DNA of 64,000 nucleotides from Podospora anserina (taxonomy: Eukaryota). How positions within the stretch are numbered: position 1 is the stretch's first letter; the number at the start of each line of letters is the position of its first letter. A program made the translations under genes and the position numbers. The stretch spans positions 496,001-560,000 of the forward strand of contig JAFMPO010000001.1 in the NCBI GenBank assembly GCA_017654855.1, written 5' to 3'. Below the pieces are notes generated by a model, which was not told where the DNA came from, made no database searches, and saw nothing but the letters and a program-made list of their open reading frames with translations. Shown here in pieces: positions 26,527-37,775 of the stretch.

Positions 26527-26963
26527 CTAGTTACCGCCAACAGCCTCGGGTTCCTTGTTGGCGTCATAGCCGTACTTGGTCTTCATCTCCTCAATCTTGG
26601 CCACGTACTGCTCCTGAGCCTGCTCGGGGGTCAAGCCCTTGTTGTCAACGTCTTGCCAGGCGTTGTACTTGGCCTTGCCCTGTTATGGTGATGTCGGGTT
26701 AGCGGGTGCCGCGGAGGGAACATAGAGGAGGAGGTGGACGCACTTTGAGGTCGAACATGCCAGGCTTGGCGGCATCGGCAATCTTCTCGCCAGTGGCGAC
26801 CTTGTAGAGACCTGAAGAGCACAACATGTTAGATGACGCTGACAGACTAGTGTAAGGAGTGACTGGACGTACCATAGATCTCGAGGAGATCCTCGTTGGA
26901 GGGCTTGGAAGTCAACTTCTTGGAGTCGACAACAGCCTTCTGGAAAGCTTCGCTCTGAGCCAT
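26527..26963 (-). CDS. ACB1: Acyl-CoA-binding protein; introns 26812-26872, 26680-26743
   Basis: MAQSEAFQKAV...LLEIYGLYKVATG...KPGMFDLKGKAKYNAW...AQEQYVAKIEEM, the ACBP signature. Confidence 0.92.
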
Positions 26964-28628
26964 TTTTGCGGTAGTGTGTGAAGGGTTTGGAAAAGGGAAA
27001 TCTCTAGTGCCTGCTGTGCTGAGTGCTGGTTGTATAGTTAGGGAATCTGTCAAGTGTCGCAAGTGTTGAGGAGAAGAGATCTGGACCTGTTTGTTGGGGT
27101 CATGGCGGGGTCAGCTAGGTCAGGCACGGGGTGTTTAAGCCGGAAAGCGCGGGGTCAATTGCTTGTCCTGACCATGTGGAGCACATGCGAGCATGTGAGT
27201 GGAAGGGAGGTGGGCCGTGAGGTCATCCTCCATCCAAATCCGAACACAAGACGGGCTTGTCAGACGGGAACGGAGTTTTCGAGAGAGAGTCTGATAGCGG
27301 GAGGCAGGTGGAAATAAGGATGCTTGTTGAGAGGGCATTTGAGCGTTCCCACAATACCATCGTACGAACACGGAGCCTCAACTTAAGGGCCATCGAAATC
27401 TCCAAGCACCGGTGCACTGGCAGTCTCTCCATCTTGGTGTGAGATCCATCAACACAATGACCTCAAAACGATGACAGGAAGCAGGTTTGAGAAAAGTATG
27501 TTACCGGAAGGATACAGCCACCATCATACATTTCCAGTCAAGAAATTTGGGAGCGGCCAGTGGTGGCTTTATGTTGGCAACGTGACAGCAAGGACAGACT
27601 CTTAAGAGCTTCGAATCTCACCACCCCAGGCTTCATGCAATGCATTATGCGGCCAGAAAAACAATGTGCAGTCGACACGAACAATCAGCCACTTATCGAC
27701 AGATTCTCGTAGGTGTCTTCCAAACATGGCAAAACATGGGGTGCTTCGGTCCCGAGCAATAGACAACGTTCAGTCAGAAGAAGGTTCGGACGACATCTGC
27801 TCTTCCAGCTTTGTTCGGCTCATCCAGTGACCGCCCGAGCCGCCAAGCATTGGTGCATCTCACAGGGGTAGGGCTATTTTGGGATTAGCTTTCTTTTCCC
27901 ACCACCGTCGGCACATCGGTGGCAATTAGCTCCGGGGTTGGGGTTTCGGGCCCGTCCCGTCTTGTTTATCGACCCCCTGGCCATCAAGGCTGTGATGACA
28001 GATGCTATCGTGCTTTTTGCACCTGGATTTCCAATTTTCATGTCATCAAGGCTCCTTGATGACTGATGGATGGCGTTTCCCCCCCGTTTCTTTGCTCTCC
28101 CTTCCACGTGGTCCGTTATTTTGTCCAAATACCGGCACGGGCTGTTGATGAACCTCTTGGATCGACATCCAGAATCCCGTCTTCTTAACAAGGGAGCGCA
28201 GCCAGAGGGGACACGAAATCAACAACGTTGGCTGTTGGCTAGCAGCATGCATCGCCGTATCATCCCAGGAACAAGCCACTGGATTGTCGTCTGACGGTGC
28301 TAATATCTCCCTTTTTTGTCGCATTGACACAAGACTATCGATAGTTGAGCTGAATTAGGTAGCATCATGCTGTGTCTCTGTATCTGAGACCGAGCCATGC
28401 ATATTCAAGCGACAGCTCGCGCAACACGCAGTCACCCACCGTCCGTTTGAGTTCGTCTCAGATGCCGGGCCCCAAGTAAAATCCATAGCTTGTACAGTTT
28501 CGCTGGGTATAAGAGGGAAGGGGCTCCCGTCACACTCATCCGTACACCGTTTCCTTTCTCAAATCTCCGAATCTGCAACACCTGCAAACCAACAACAAGA
28601 TAACAACCACCACCACATCACCAAAACA

Positions 28629-29844
28629 ATGGCAGACAATAAAACAGTCGTAATTCTGGGTGGTTCCCTCGGTGGACTTCACGTCGCCCATGCACTCCTC
28701 AAGAAGCATCAACAATACCCCAACTTACGGGTCATCCTCGTCTCCAAAGCAAGTCGCCTGCACGTGACCCCCCTCATCGTCACCACATGTCCTAACCCCC
28801 CTTCACCTCTAGAACACTCATTTTTACTGGAACATCGCCTCCGTCCGCGCCATTATCCCTGGTCAAATCCCAGACCAAAAGATGCTCCGCGAACTCTCCG
28901 AAGCCCTCCAGCCATACCCCAGCAACATGTACGAGCTCGTCATCGGCGAAGCCATCTCCTCTGATTTCACCGCCAAGACCGTCAAAGTCCAGCTCAGCAA
29001 CAGCGCTGCCGACGCTCAAACCCGTGAAATCGTCTACGACCACCTCGTTCTCGCCACTGGAGCCCGCTACACAAACGACACCCCCTGGAAGGCCAACTCC
29101 GACTATCAATCCCTGATCAGCCTCCTCCACGAAACCGCCTCCAGGGTCGAGAAAGCCGGCCATATCATCGTTGCCGGCGCGGGAGCCACAGGTGTGGAAG
29201 TAGCCGGCGAGCTGGGGTACGAATACGGCAAGACCAAGACCATCACCCTTTTGGCTTCTGGCCAGCACGTCCTCCCCGGCGAGCAGGAATCTCTCAGTAC
29301 CGCTACCGAGAACGAGCTGAAGAAGCTGAACGTCACTGTGCAGAAGGGGGCTCGTGTAAAGGATGTTGCTCGCTCTGCCGACGACAAGTACACGATCCAG
29401 CTGGAGAACGGCCAAAACCTCGAGTGCAACCTCTACCTGCCCACGCAGGGCATGGTGCCCAACTCGGATTACGTCGATACGAAGCACCTCGACCCCAAAA
29501 CCAAGACGGTGCTCGTGGATGAGTTCCTTCATGTGACTGGTGTGCCGGGGAATAACGTTTGGGCGGTGGGGGATATCGTCAGTAAGCCGAGAGCTGGCTT
29601 TATGATCACACAGAAGCAGGCCTCGTCTGTGGCCAAGAATGTTGAGTTGAGCCTGCTTCAGGGCAAGGAGCCTGTCCCTGCCAAGGGCCCACCAGTTGAC
29701 ATTCTCGCCTGCGCGGTTGGCCGGGGGAGAGGCGTGGGCAGGATGGGCTCGATCAGACTGCCTAGCTTTGGCGTTTGGTTGGCGAAGGGGAGAACGTTGG
29801 GGATGCAGTTGGTGGACCAGTACATCAGTGGCAGTATTGCTTAG
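28629..29844 (+). CDS. AIF/AMID-like FAD/NAD(P)-dependent oxidoreductase; GC-AG intron 28749-28812
   Basis: VVILGGSLGG, YDHLVLATG, IIVAGAGATGVEVAGEL and NVWAVGD. Exon 1 (40 codons) joins in frame to NTHFYWNIASVRAI. Confidence 0.9.
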
Positions 29845-30085
29845 GAGCGCGGCTCCAGAGCCGGCAGGCAAATCAGAAAACGGAAGAGAAAGGGCGGACA
29901 GACGAGCAAGCAGTTATACCCATGATGAACTTTGGTGTGTGCTTTACAGGCGATGGACGGAATGGCTTTTGTTTTCCCCTCGATACAGAGAATCAACCTA
30001 ATACCATAATGAAGAACCCGAATACATCAATGCCAGGAAACTCGCTCGTCATTGTGAACCACTATACATTATTACCCGCCTTGCA

Positions 30086-31347
30086 TCACCGAGAGATCTT
30101 CTCCTCCTCAATCTCCCTCCTCAACTGCTCAAGAACTTCCTGTCTCGACCTCAAATGCGACTCCAATCCCTCCACTTGCTCCCTCACGGTCTGAAGGTCT
30201 TCGCTGACGCTTTTCAGGTTGCTTCCTGTCCTGCTCTTCCCCTTGCCTTCTTCCAAGTCTCGCAGCTCCTTTCTCTTGTAATCCAAAAGTTGCTCCAACT
30301 CCCTCTTGACCAGCGCTGGCTTGGAGTCCCGCTTGCCACCTTTCCTCGCCTCAACCCCTTGCTCAATCCTGGCAAGCTTGTCCTCCAGCTCCTGCAGCTG
30401 CTTCTTCAGCCTGACCTCCTCCCACTCGGCATCGCTGTTTTTCGTCGTGGTGAAATCCGTGCCCTTGGATGTGAACCCGCTTCTCCCCAACCGAGTGAGA
30501 TATTGGTCACCAAACTTTGCCTTTCTGCCTGTTGATGTCTCGTCGTCGGCCTTGGTGGCCCACCGCGACTTGGCGGCTTGGTTGTCGACTTGGTAGTCGA
30601 TTTGATTTCGCTCAAAGCTCGCTCGGAGGGAGGCCGGGACGGTGCGCGGGATGCGGTAGCCCTCGTGTCGGTAGTTGAGGATGTGCAAGAACGCCAGGCA
30701 GGCGTCCTTGTTGATCGTCTGCGAGGCGTTGGGGTTGATGAGGTTCCACGCTGATCGGACGTCTGTGTCCGGCACGTCCAGGCTGTTGTAGAGATCGCTG
30801 AGGGCCTCGACTAGTTCTCATGTGTTAGCATCTCCTCAACCACCCAGTGGGTAATGAGACCAAGTCAACACTAACAATTAATCTCCCCCCTCATATCCCT
30901 CCCCTCCCTATACACCGCCTCATACCTGCTCTTGTCCTCCGGGCTCATATACCAATCAAATCCGTCCTTCAACCCCTCCTCCTCCTCCTCATCCTCCACC
31001 CGTTCCATCTTTGGCTCCTGTCCCCTAATCGCCTTGTTCGCGCTCACCAAATGGCTCTTGCTCTCCGGGACCAGCCAGTCCGGCAGCACTTTGGGGACAT
31101 CAGCGTACTCCCCGTTGAGCAAATCGAAAATAACCCTCATCGCGACGCAAAACTCCTCAAAGTCAAGGTTGCCGTCGTTATCCACATCGGCGAGATCCCA
31201 CACCCGCTCGAGCTGGTCGTCGCGGAGCCCAGAGTTCTTGAGGACGGGCGCGGCCATCTCGCCCGTGAGGAACTGCCCTCCATTGGTGCGGGTCGAGAAA
31301 ATGTTCCAGTAGGTTTCGATTTCTTGGGGTTCGATTCGGGGCGCCAT
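30086..31347 (-). CDS. END3: EH-domain endocytosis/actin-regulatory protein End3; intron 30811-30875
   Basis: EH domain (LKNSGL...[22 protein letters not shown]), a second EH-like domain and a C-terminal coiled coil ([26 protein letters not shown]). Confidence 0.92.
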
Positions 31348-31785
31348 GGTCGGTCGATGCTTCAGTTGGCCCGGGTTGGGAAACTTGTTGTACTCGGAAG
31401 GCGGACCAAATTACGGGGGACTCGGGGCGGTCGAGCGGTTACAACGGCCGGTACGACGAACGTTCGGGAAAGATGGGAGCTGGAATTGACAAGTTTCTGT
31501 AGTTTGTTCAAGAATTATAGTAAAAGACTGCAGGCCTTGTCTTTATCGACGTCGTGGGGTGCCGATGGCGCAGCAGGTTGCAGAGCGGGAAGCTTGGAGG
31601 TTGGACCGGCCACAACCAAGAGCTGACGTCTCTCCAGCCCAGCGCCAGCCAAGTAATTAAACTGCGCGCGAGCACTGCTTGTGGCGCGCCGCAAGCTGAT
31701 CCCTGTCAAAACGCCCCCTTTTCTGGAGGCAGACTGTGGCACGCGCACGAGCACCTTGAGCTGTGCGTTGTATGCGAAATGTCTT

Positions 31786-32270
31786 TGTGATCCGTGTTTT
31801 TTTTACTAAGGTTCTGCTATTATTTGATATACAAGCTTGCATTAACTAAATAGTTAAAATATACCTTTAACTAAAATTTAATGGCTATTAATATTTATAC
31901 TGTATGAAAAAGGGTACTAAACGTATAGCAATATTAAGCTATATAATATACTATATTTTTTATTACTTTAATTATATTTTAGCATATATATAGCTAAGAG
32001 TATGTATTTTAGGCTAGCATTGGCTTTTAATTGGAGGTACTATTCTTAACACTAAGCGGCGGTAACTATAACTTTGTAAAAAGGTAATAGCTATATATTT
32101 AAACTATTAAAATTATTAATTTAACTATATCGTTATCACAAAAGTAGTCTAAAATAACTTTAGTTAATAGACAATATTAAATGTATTAATTAGTATATAC
32201 TAGCTTGATTATTAGGCCCTTGTATAGCTTTTCGTAGCTAATTGAACGTATTTTAGGCCTTTAGTTGATA
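31786..32270. mobile_element. RIP-degenerate transposon relic, probably a ~355-bp solo LTR (31786-32140) plus AT-rich flank
   Basis: Abrupt AT-rich, TpA-rich island in otherwise GC-balanced DNA. TGTGAT at 31786 and ATCACA ending at 32140 form TG...CA inverted ends. No clear target-site duplication. Confidence 0.6.
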
Positions 32271-33148
32271 TTGAGTTGGATAGTCAAGTCTTGGGCAAAA
32301 CGCACGGATTATCTGGACGTTTCGTATGCAACGCAGAGAGAGCCTCACGATATTCCACACCTCACCAAGCATCACGACTACGTTTATAGAAATTTATCTT
32401 TATCGATGTTTACAATTATCATACATCTTCAAGGCCAACTCCCCGCCCGTCATACAAAACCCTACAGCTAAAATATTCTACAAAATCCTACAGTCGAAAT
32501 AGTATCCCGCAGACTCTCGAAATGCCTTCGCAATCGTCCTCTCCAGCCAACATATATAGCAGAAAGAACCGGGTATCATGAGCCACACCAGACGCCCAGA
32601 GATCCAGATGCAAGAACTAGCATCTCAAAATACCGACCCATTAACACCATCCATGCTGGATGCCATGCCCAAACAATTCCCCCGCCGCCCTGTCCTTTCC
32701 CCTGGGATGCAAATGTAAACGCAAAAGCAGTAAACACCCAACCTGCAACCCAATCCTACTACCGGTATAAACACCCAAATCGCCTTATCAAAGAAAGGCA
32801 GGAAAAGAACGTCGAGCGCGAAATTTGTCAAACTCCTGATCCAAAGCAACCCAAATTCTGGCGCTTTTCGTTTCCTGGACCAATATCGAATCCTAATGCA
32901 TGCCAGTCGTAATATGCAGTTTGTTGTACAATAAACCCAACAAAGAAATACCCCAATCGCTGATTTGTGTTGTCACGATGCTAATACTGGGGAAGCAAAT
33001 CAAACATCAACACACACTCTTGTCCTTTTGTTGTGTTCGCCCTTGCTAAGAAGTCAAGGCGATTGCTGAGAGGACGCTTTTCCATGTTGCCAGTCATCTT
33101 GCTCGTACTTGAGCAAGTGTATCTTTGCGTGTCGCGTCTCAAGTCCTG

Positions 33149-36100
33149 TCATTTCATATCATTTCTCCGAAGGTCCTCCTTGCCTTTCCGGGGACGAAGA
33201 GTCCGGATAGTCATGAGACCGCCTATGGCGCCTGTGCTGGCTGGATCCTGAGACACATGCTCCTCGGTGCCAGTATCCTCGGTGTCAAGCTCTTCCGGGG
33301 TCTTTTCGGCAGGAGCCTCTGTTGTAGAAGGCTCTTCGCTCGCAGACTTGCTGGTGACCGGCTTCTTGCTAGGAGTCCCTTTGGGAGAAGAGAAAGAGTC
33401 GGAAGATGAACCCCCGTTACTCGGAATCAGACCAAACACAGAGCTTCTCAACCTTGTTGGGTATCTCCCCAGCTTCTCAATTGTATCGAGTGCTGGTGGA
33501 TTGTCCAAGTCGAAGCCTTGGTTCTTGAGAACATCTGGGAGGTCGTTCTCCTTCGATTCCCCAGCTTGGGGGTTCTGCTGCTGAATCTCCTTGTGGACTT
33601 CTCCGGCGGACTGTGGGGTCTGTTCGATGGTATGGCCCGCTTCTTGGTTCCCACCATCAGACATCTCCTGGGATTTCTCTAGGGATTCGTGCCGAGGCTT
33701 TTCCTGGGTCTCCTGGTTTCTCTGTGTCCCCTGCGTCTCCCTAGTACTCTCTTGGAGTTTCTCCTGGATCTCCTCATTCTGTTGGCCCTGTCCCTGTGTC
33801 TGTTCGTCTTGAGACCGGGATACCTCACCGCCCGTTGATTTCTGAGTGGCTAGATACACCTCATGCTCGGCGCGTGTCTGGGTTGGGATGTAGTTATCCA
33901 GGCTCTTTCCCTTGGGAGGGGATTGGGGAGTTGGCGCACCGGGATGCGTCGAGAACGGCGGGCCCAGCGCAGAGATGTAAGCCCAAAACAAAGAATCTGT
34001 CTCAAACTTCTCGCGGGTGTAAAACCCCCTGGACGACAGGAGTTCCTCAAAGCTCTCGCCCTTTGGGGCCATGGCTGGACTGCTGTGCCCGATGGTAGCT
34101 GACGAGTGGGTGATTTGTGACGACACTATCTTGGAAGGAGAGGGCGTGGCTGCTTGAGAAGCCAGCCGGATAGTCTTCTTGACAGCCTGAGTCGTCGTCT
34201 TTGTGCTCTTTTTGGTTGTCTTCTCTCCGGTCCCGACAACCTCGGCCCCCGACGCGCAATTCGCCGTGGCTTGATTTTCAACCACATTCTTCCTGCATTG
34301 TTCTGCCGGATTCACGGGGAGCCACATGATCCCAGTGTCCTCTTCCAGCCATTTTCCACCGCCGAACGATCCGCCGGGTCGGTACTTGGTGTTGGGCAGG
34401 GCAGCTACATCAGAACGCTTCATAAAGCCACCCAGGCCGTTTGTGAACATGGTGTTGGCGTCTCCCCAGACACCCCCAGGCTGGCGCCTTCCCCTGACTG
34501 GTTTGCTCTTCTTCCCCTCATCATACTCCCCCCCATCGGAAAGATCCTCGACAGCGGGCGCAGATTTCCTCCGCAGACTGCGGCTTGTGCTGGAGCTAGC
34601 ACGGGTGGATGATGTTTCGTCATTCACACGACGCTTCTTCGGACCGACCTGGCTCTCCTGAGTCTGCGCTGCCTTTCTCTTGTTGGTCGCTCGAGCAACA
34701 GGAGCCACCGTATTGGCCGACTTCTTGATTGCTGTGTTTGACCTCTTTCTCGGTTCAGCGGGCGCAGATGCGGCTGAGATAGCCCTCTTTCTCGACGGCA
34801 AAGATGCCCTGGATCTTTTTTCCTGCTTGTTTTCCTGGATTTCGTCCTCATTGGGGAGAACAAAGTCGTTGTCACTGTCGTCGTCCTCCGGAATTTGCTC
34901 TACACGCGTAGAACGGGTCTTCAAGGGCCGGAGAATATCCTCTTCATTCTCTTCTGGCTCCGACTCTGACTCTGAAGACGAAGTCCAGGTGTTCTGAAAC
35001 TTGTTTCTCAACTTATCAACCTCCTTGCGCAACCTGGGATCTCGCTGCTGGATCTTGGGTCGGGGATAATTGAGAAGGGGTTCGCTGAAGCTTTCTTTCG
35101 GCGGTTGTGCGCTGGACGCTTGAGCATCCTTCTGTCTCATTTTGCCAACATGTCTAGCTTCCTCTAGACCAGTTTGTCTACCAAAGACCGGGATAGGATA
35201 GTTGCCTTGGAGATGGGAGAGTTGACCCGTGCCAGCTGAACGCCCTACATAACCAGCAGTGTGGTGCAGCGTCCCCCTTGATGGACGGGGCTGATCATAT
35301 GTGCGATACAGCAAAGCCAGCTGGGTAGTGTTCATAAGTGGCATTTCAGTCCCGCTGCCACTGGCGATGTTCCGCCTTGACAGCTCCCCGGATGAGACAT
35401 GGTCCTGAGGAACATGGCCCATCCCGGACGGGTAAGCAGCAATCTGGGGAGCAGCACGGAATGCGTGCACACACTGACGCGGATCAAATGCTTGGTTGCT
35501 TCGGTCGCCACGATCATGACTAGGCATCTGCTGTAGGCGATGATCCATTGGTTCAGGGGCACGACGATGAGGCAAGAGACCTGCAACATCGGGATGCTCT
35601 CTGTGGTTGCTGCCAGGTACTACTCGACTGGATGCATGGCCAAAGGCCGGGCTCAAGGTGAGCTCCCGGTGCATATCGATATCCGGAGGTTGTTGAGAGT
35701 GTGCGGGCGGCGGAGGATAGCGAGTCCGAATGATCATGGGCGGTTGTCTGAGCTCTTGGTCTTCTCCCATTGCCATTGCGAAATGAACGTTCGCTGGCTC
35801 ACGGTAGCGGTCCGGTAGGCCCCACTGCGTCCCTCTGTCGTGGTAAATATGCTGATGCTGAGGCCCTTGAGGGAATTGAGGCTCGTCCTGCACTTGCAAA
35901 TAACGCTGCCAGCCACCGTGTTGGGAATGTCTAGGACTGCCAGGTATGCTTGGGGGAGGCATGCTAGCGAAGGGGTTGATGGGAACACCATAGCTTGGGT
36001 CCGGTAGAAAAGCTGGAAAATCATGCTGTGCAAAATTAACAGGCTGTGCTTGTTCGGCATTACGATAACCTGCATCCACGGAATGCGGTTGGCGTCCATG

Positions 36101-37775
36101 CAGTCCTGGAGGGAAAGAAGCCGTGGTTGAACGAAGTGGGAGAGCAGGATTCCGAATCGGAGCGTCGGCAACAGAGGCATCACCAGCAAGATGATATTGG
36201 CCGGGAGGCTGCCGGGCAGATGGGGCGGGCTCTGGGTTGATGAGGAGTCTCCTTGGGTTGATCGTACCAGGCGGAGGATCAAGCCTGACCAGCATCTCTG
36301 GAGTTGACAGGCGTGGCGGGTGCTCTTTCTGCACCTCATCCCAGGTGCTGGCCATTTTGTCAAGCTCCTCCGAACAGAAGACTTTGAAATGGGGTGGTAG
36401 GTCTCTGAATCCATCTCCCCAGAAGTGGTTGAGCGAAATAGGGAACCGCCTACCAGCGCCAACGCCTACATATCCACCGAGATTGGAAGCAATGTCCTCA
36501 AAGCCCATGAAAGTCATGAAATCCTTTGCCAGTCGAATCTCTTTGGCGGTAAAATGGTCGGTGATAAGTGGAGCGTGGGTTTTGTTGTACTCGTCCATCC
36601 AGGTCAGATCAGCAGCATGCAAGTGTTTCTTGATCTCCTTGTCGAAATCATCAATCTTGCGTTGCTCTTCACCGACCAAGTTCATCAACTCGGTGGCCTC
36701 AGAAGCGCACAGCCGAAACGTGCGGATGAACTGTACAAATGACATGCCAGTCTTGGTCATTTCATAGGTAATGATGTATTTCGCGCTGTCTGACAGACTC
36801 ACCCAGTCGGGGGCTCTCTGGCCGAGTTTACGCAGCTATCACTCAAAGGTTAGTCTCTACAGTCTATATCTTCAGAAATGAAATACGTACATCAAAATTG
36901 CGCGTCTGGTTGCGCTCAACCTCCTCAGCCCTTCTCTTGGCGGCATCTCTGTCGATGTGTACCGTATAGGGCCGCCTTAATTGGGGCTGTGACTGCGAGA
37001 CTCCAACCTCGGGAAGCGCATTGCCAGGCACCTCGGGGTGTGTCACAAACGGGTCCTCGTGTGGAGATGCTGTATCAGGAGGTGACGGACTGATGTCAAA
37101 ATGATACTCTGATGAGGTCTGAGTCCAGTCTCCGACATCGTCATGATCTCTATCTCGGGGATCCAGCCCAAAACTTGGCAGTTCCGGGTCCACTTGATCT
37201 GCCCCGGACAAAAGGGCATCAAGATTCGAATCATCGTGACCCCCAGGTTGGTTCGCAGCAGCAATCCAGTCCTCGACTGGTGCGGAATAGGGAAGGCGGC
37301 CCCAGTGGCCATGGTTCTGAATGGCGGGATTGGGCCTTCCAGAGATGGTTGTTTGATCCCGGGTGATAGGGTTGATGGATGTATTCCTTGTTTGATGTGC
37401 TTGATCTTCTTTGTTGGCCTCGCTCTCATGATCCTCTTCGTCCTGATAATCACCACTGCCGTCATGACCGGTGCCAGCGGAAACTGCGGGTTGGTGTTGA
37501 GGAAGGATCGCAACTCCCCCGTTTTTCCGCTTCTCGTTGAGGATGGCACCAGAGGGGCCTGGGCCAGGGTGATTGAATGGCAAGGTAGGGAAGGCGCACT
37601 CTCGGGCCAACTGGTTGTCGAATTGGTAGACTGGGCGAGGAAAGTTCGAGTTGGGGTCGTCAGTCTGTGGCACCTGAGAACCGATGTGATTCTTTTCGCT
37701 TTCCCCGTCCGGGTCTCCAAATCGGGCTGGAGCCCTCCGCTCGGAAGTGGTGCGAAGCCGCATGCCTTCCGGCAT
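33149..37775 (-). CDS. Large, mostly disordered hypothetical protein (~1520 aa); intron 36836-36890
   Basis: ORFs 36864-37775 and 33149-36802 join in frame through a GTACGT...ACTAAC...TAG intron. Basic NLS-like patches (PKKRR, SRKR). No recognised domain; start uncertain. Confidence 0.75.

Noticed and set aside
28792-29871. Long antisense ORFs (this one, plus 807-1607, 24420-25136, 42120-42935, 57027-58064 and others)
   Set aside because: They shadow well-supported genes on the opposite strand, as expected from codon bias, and show no motifs.
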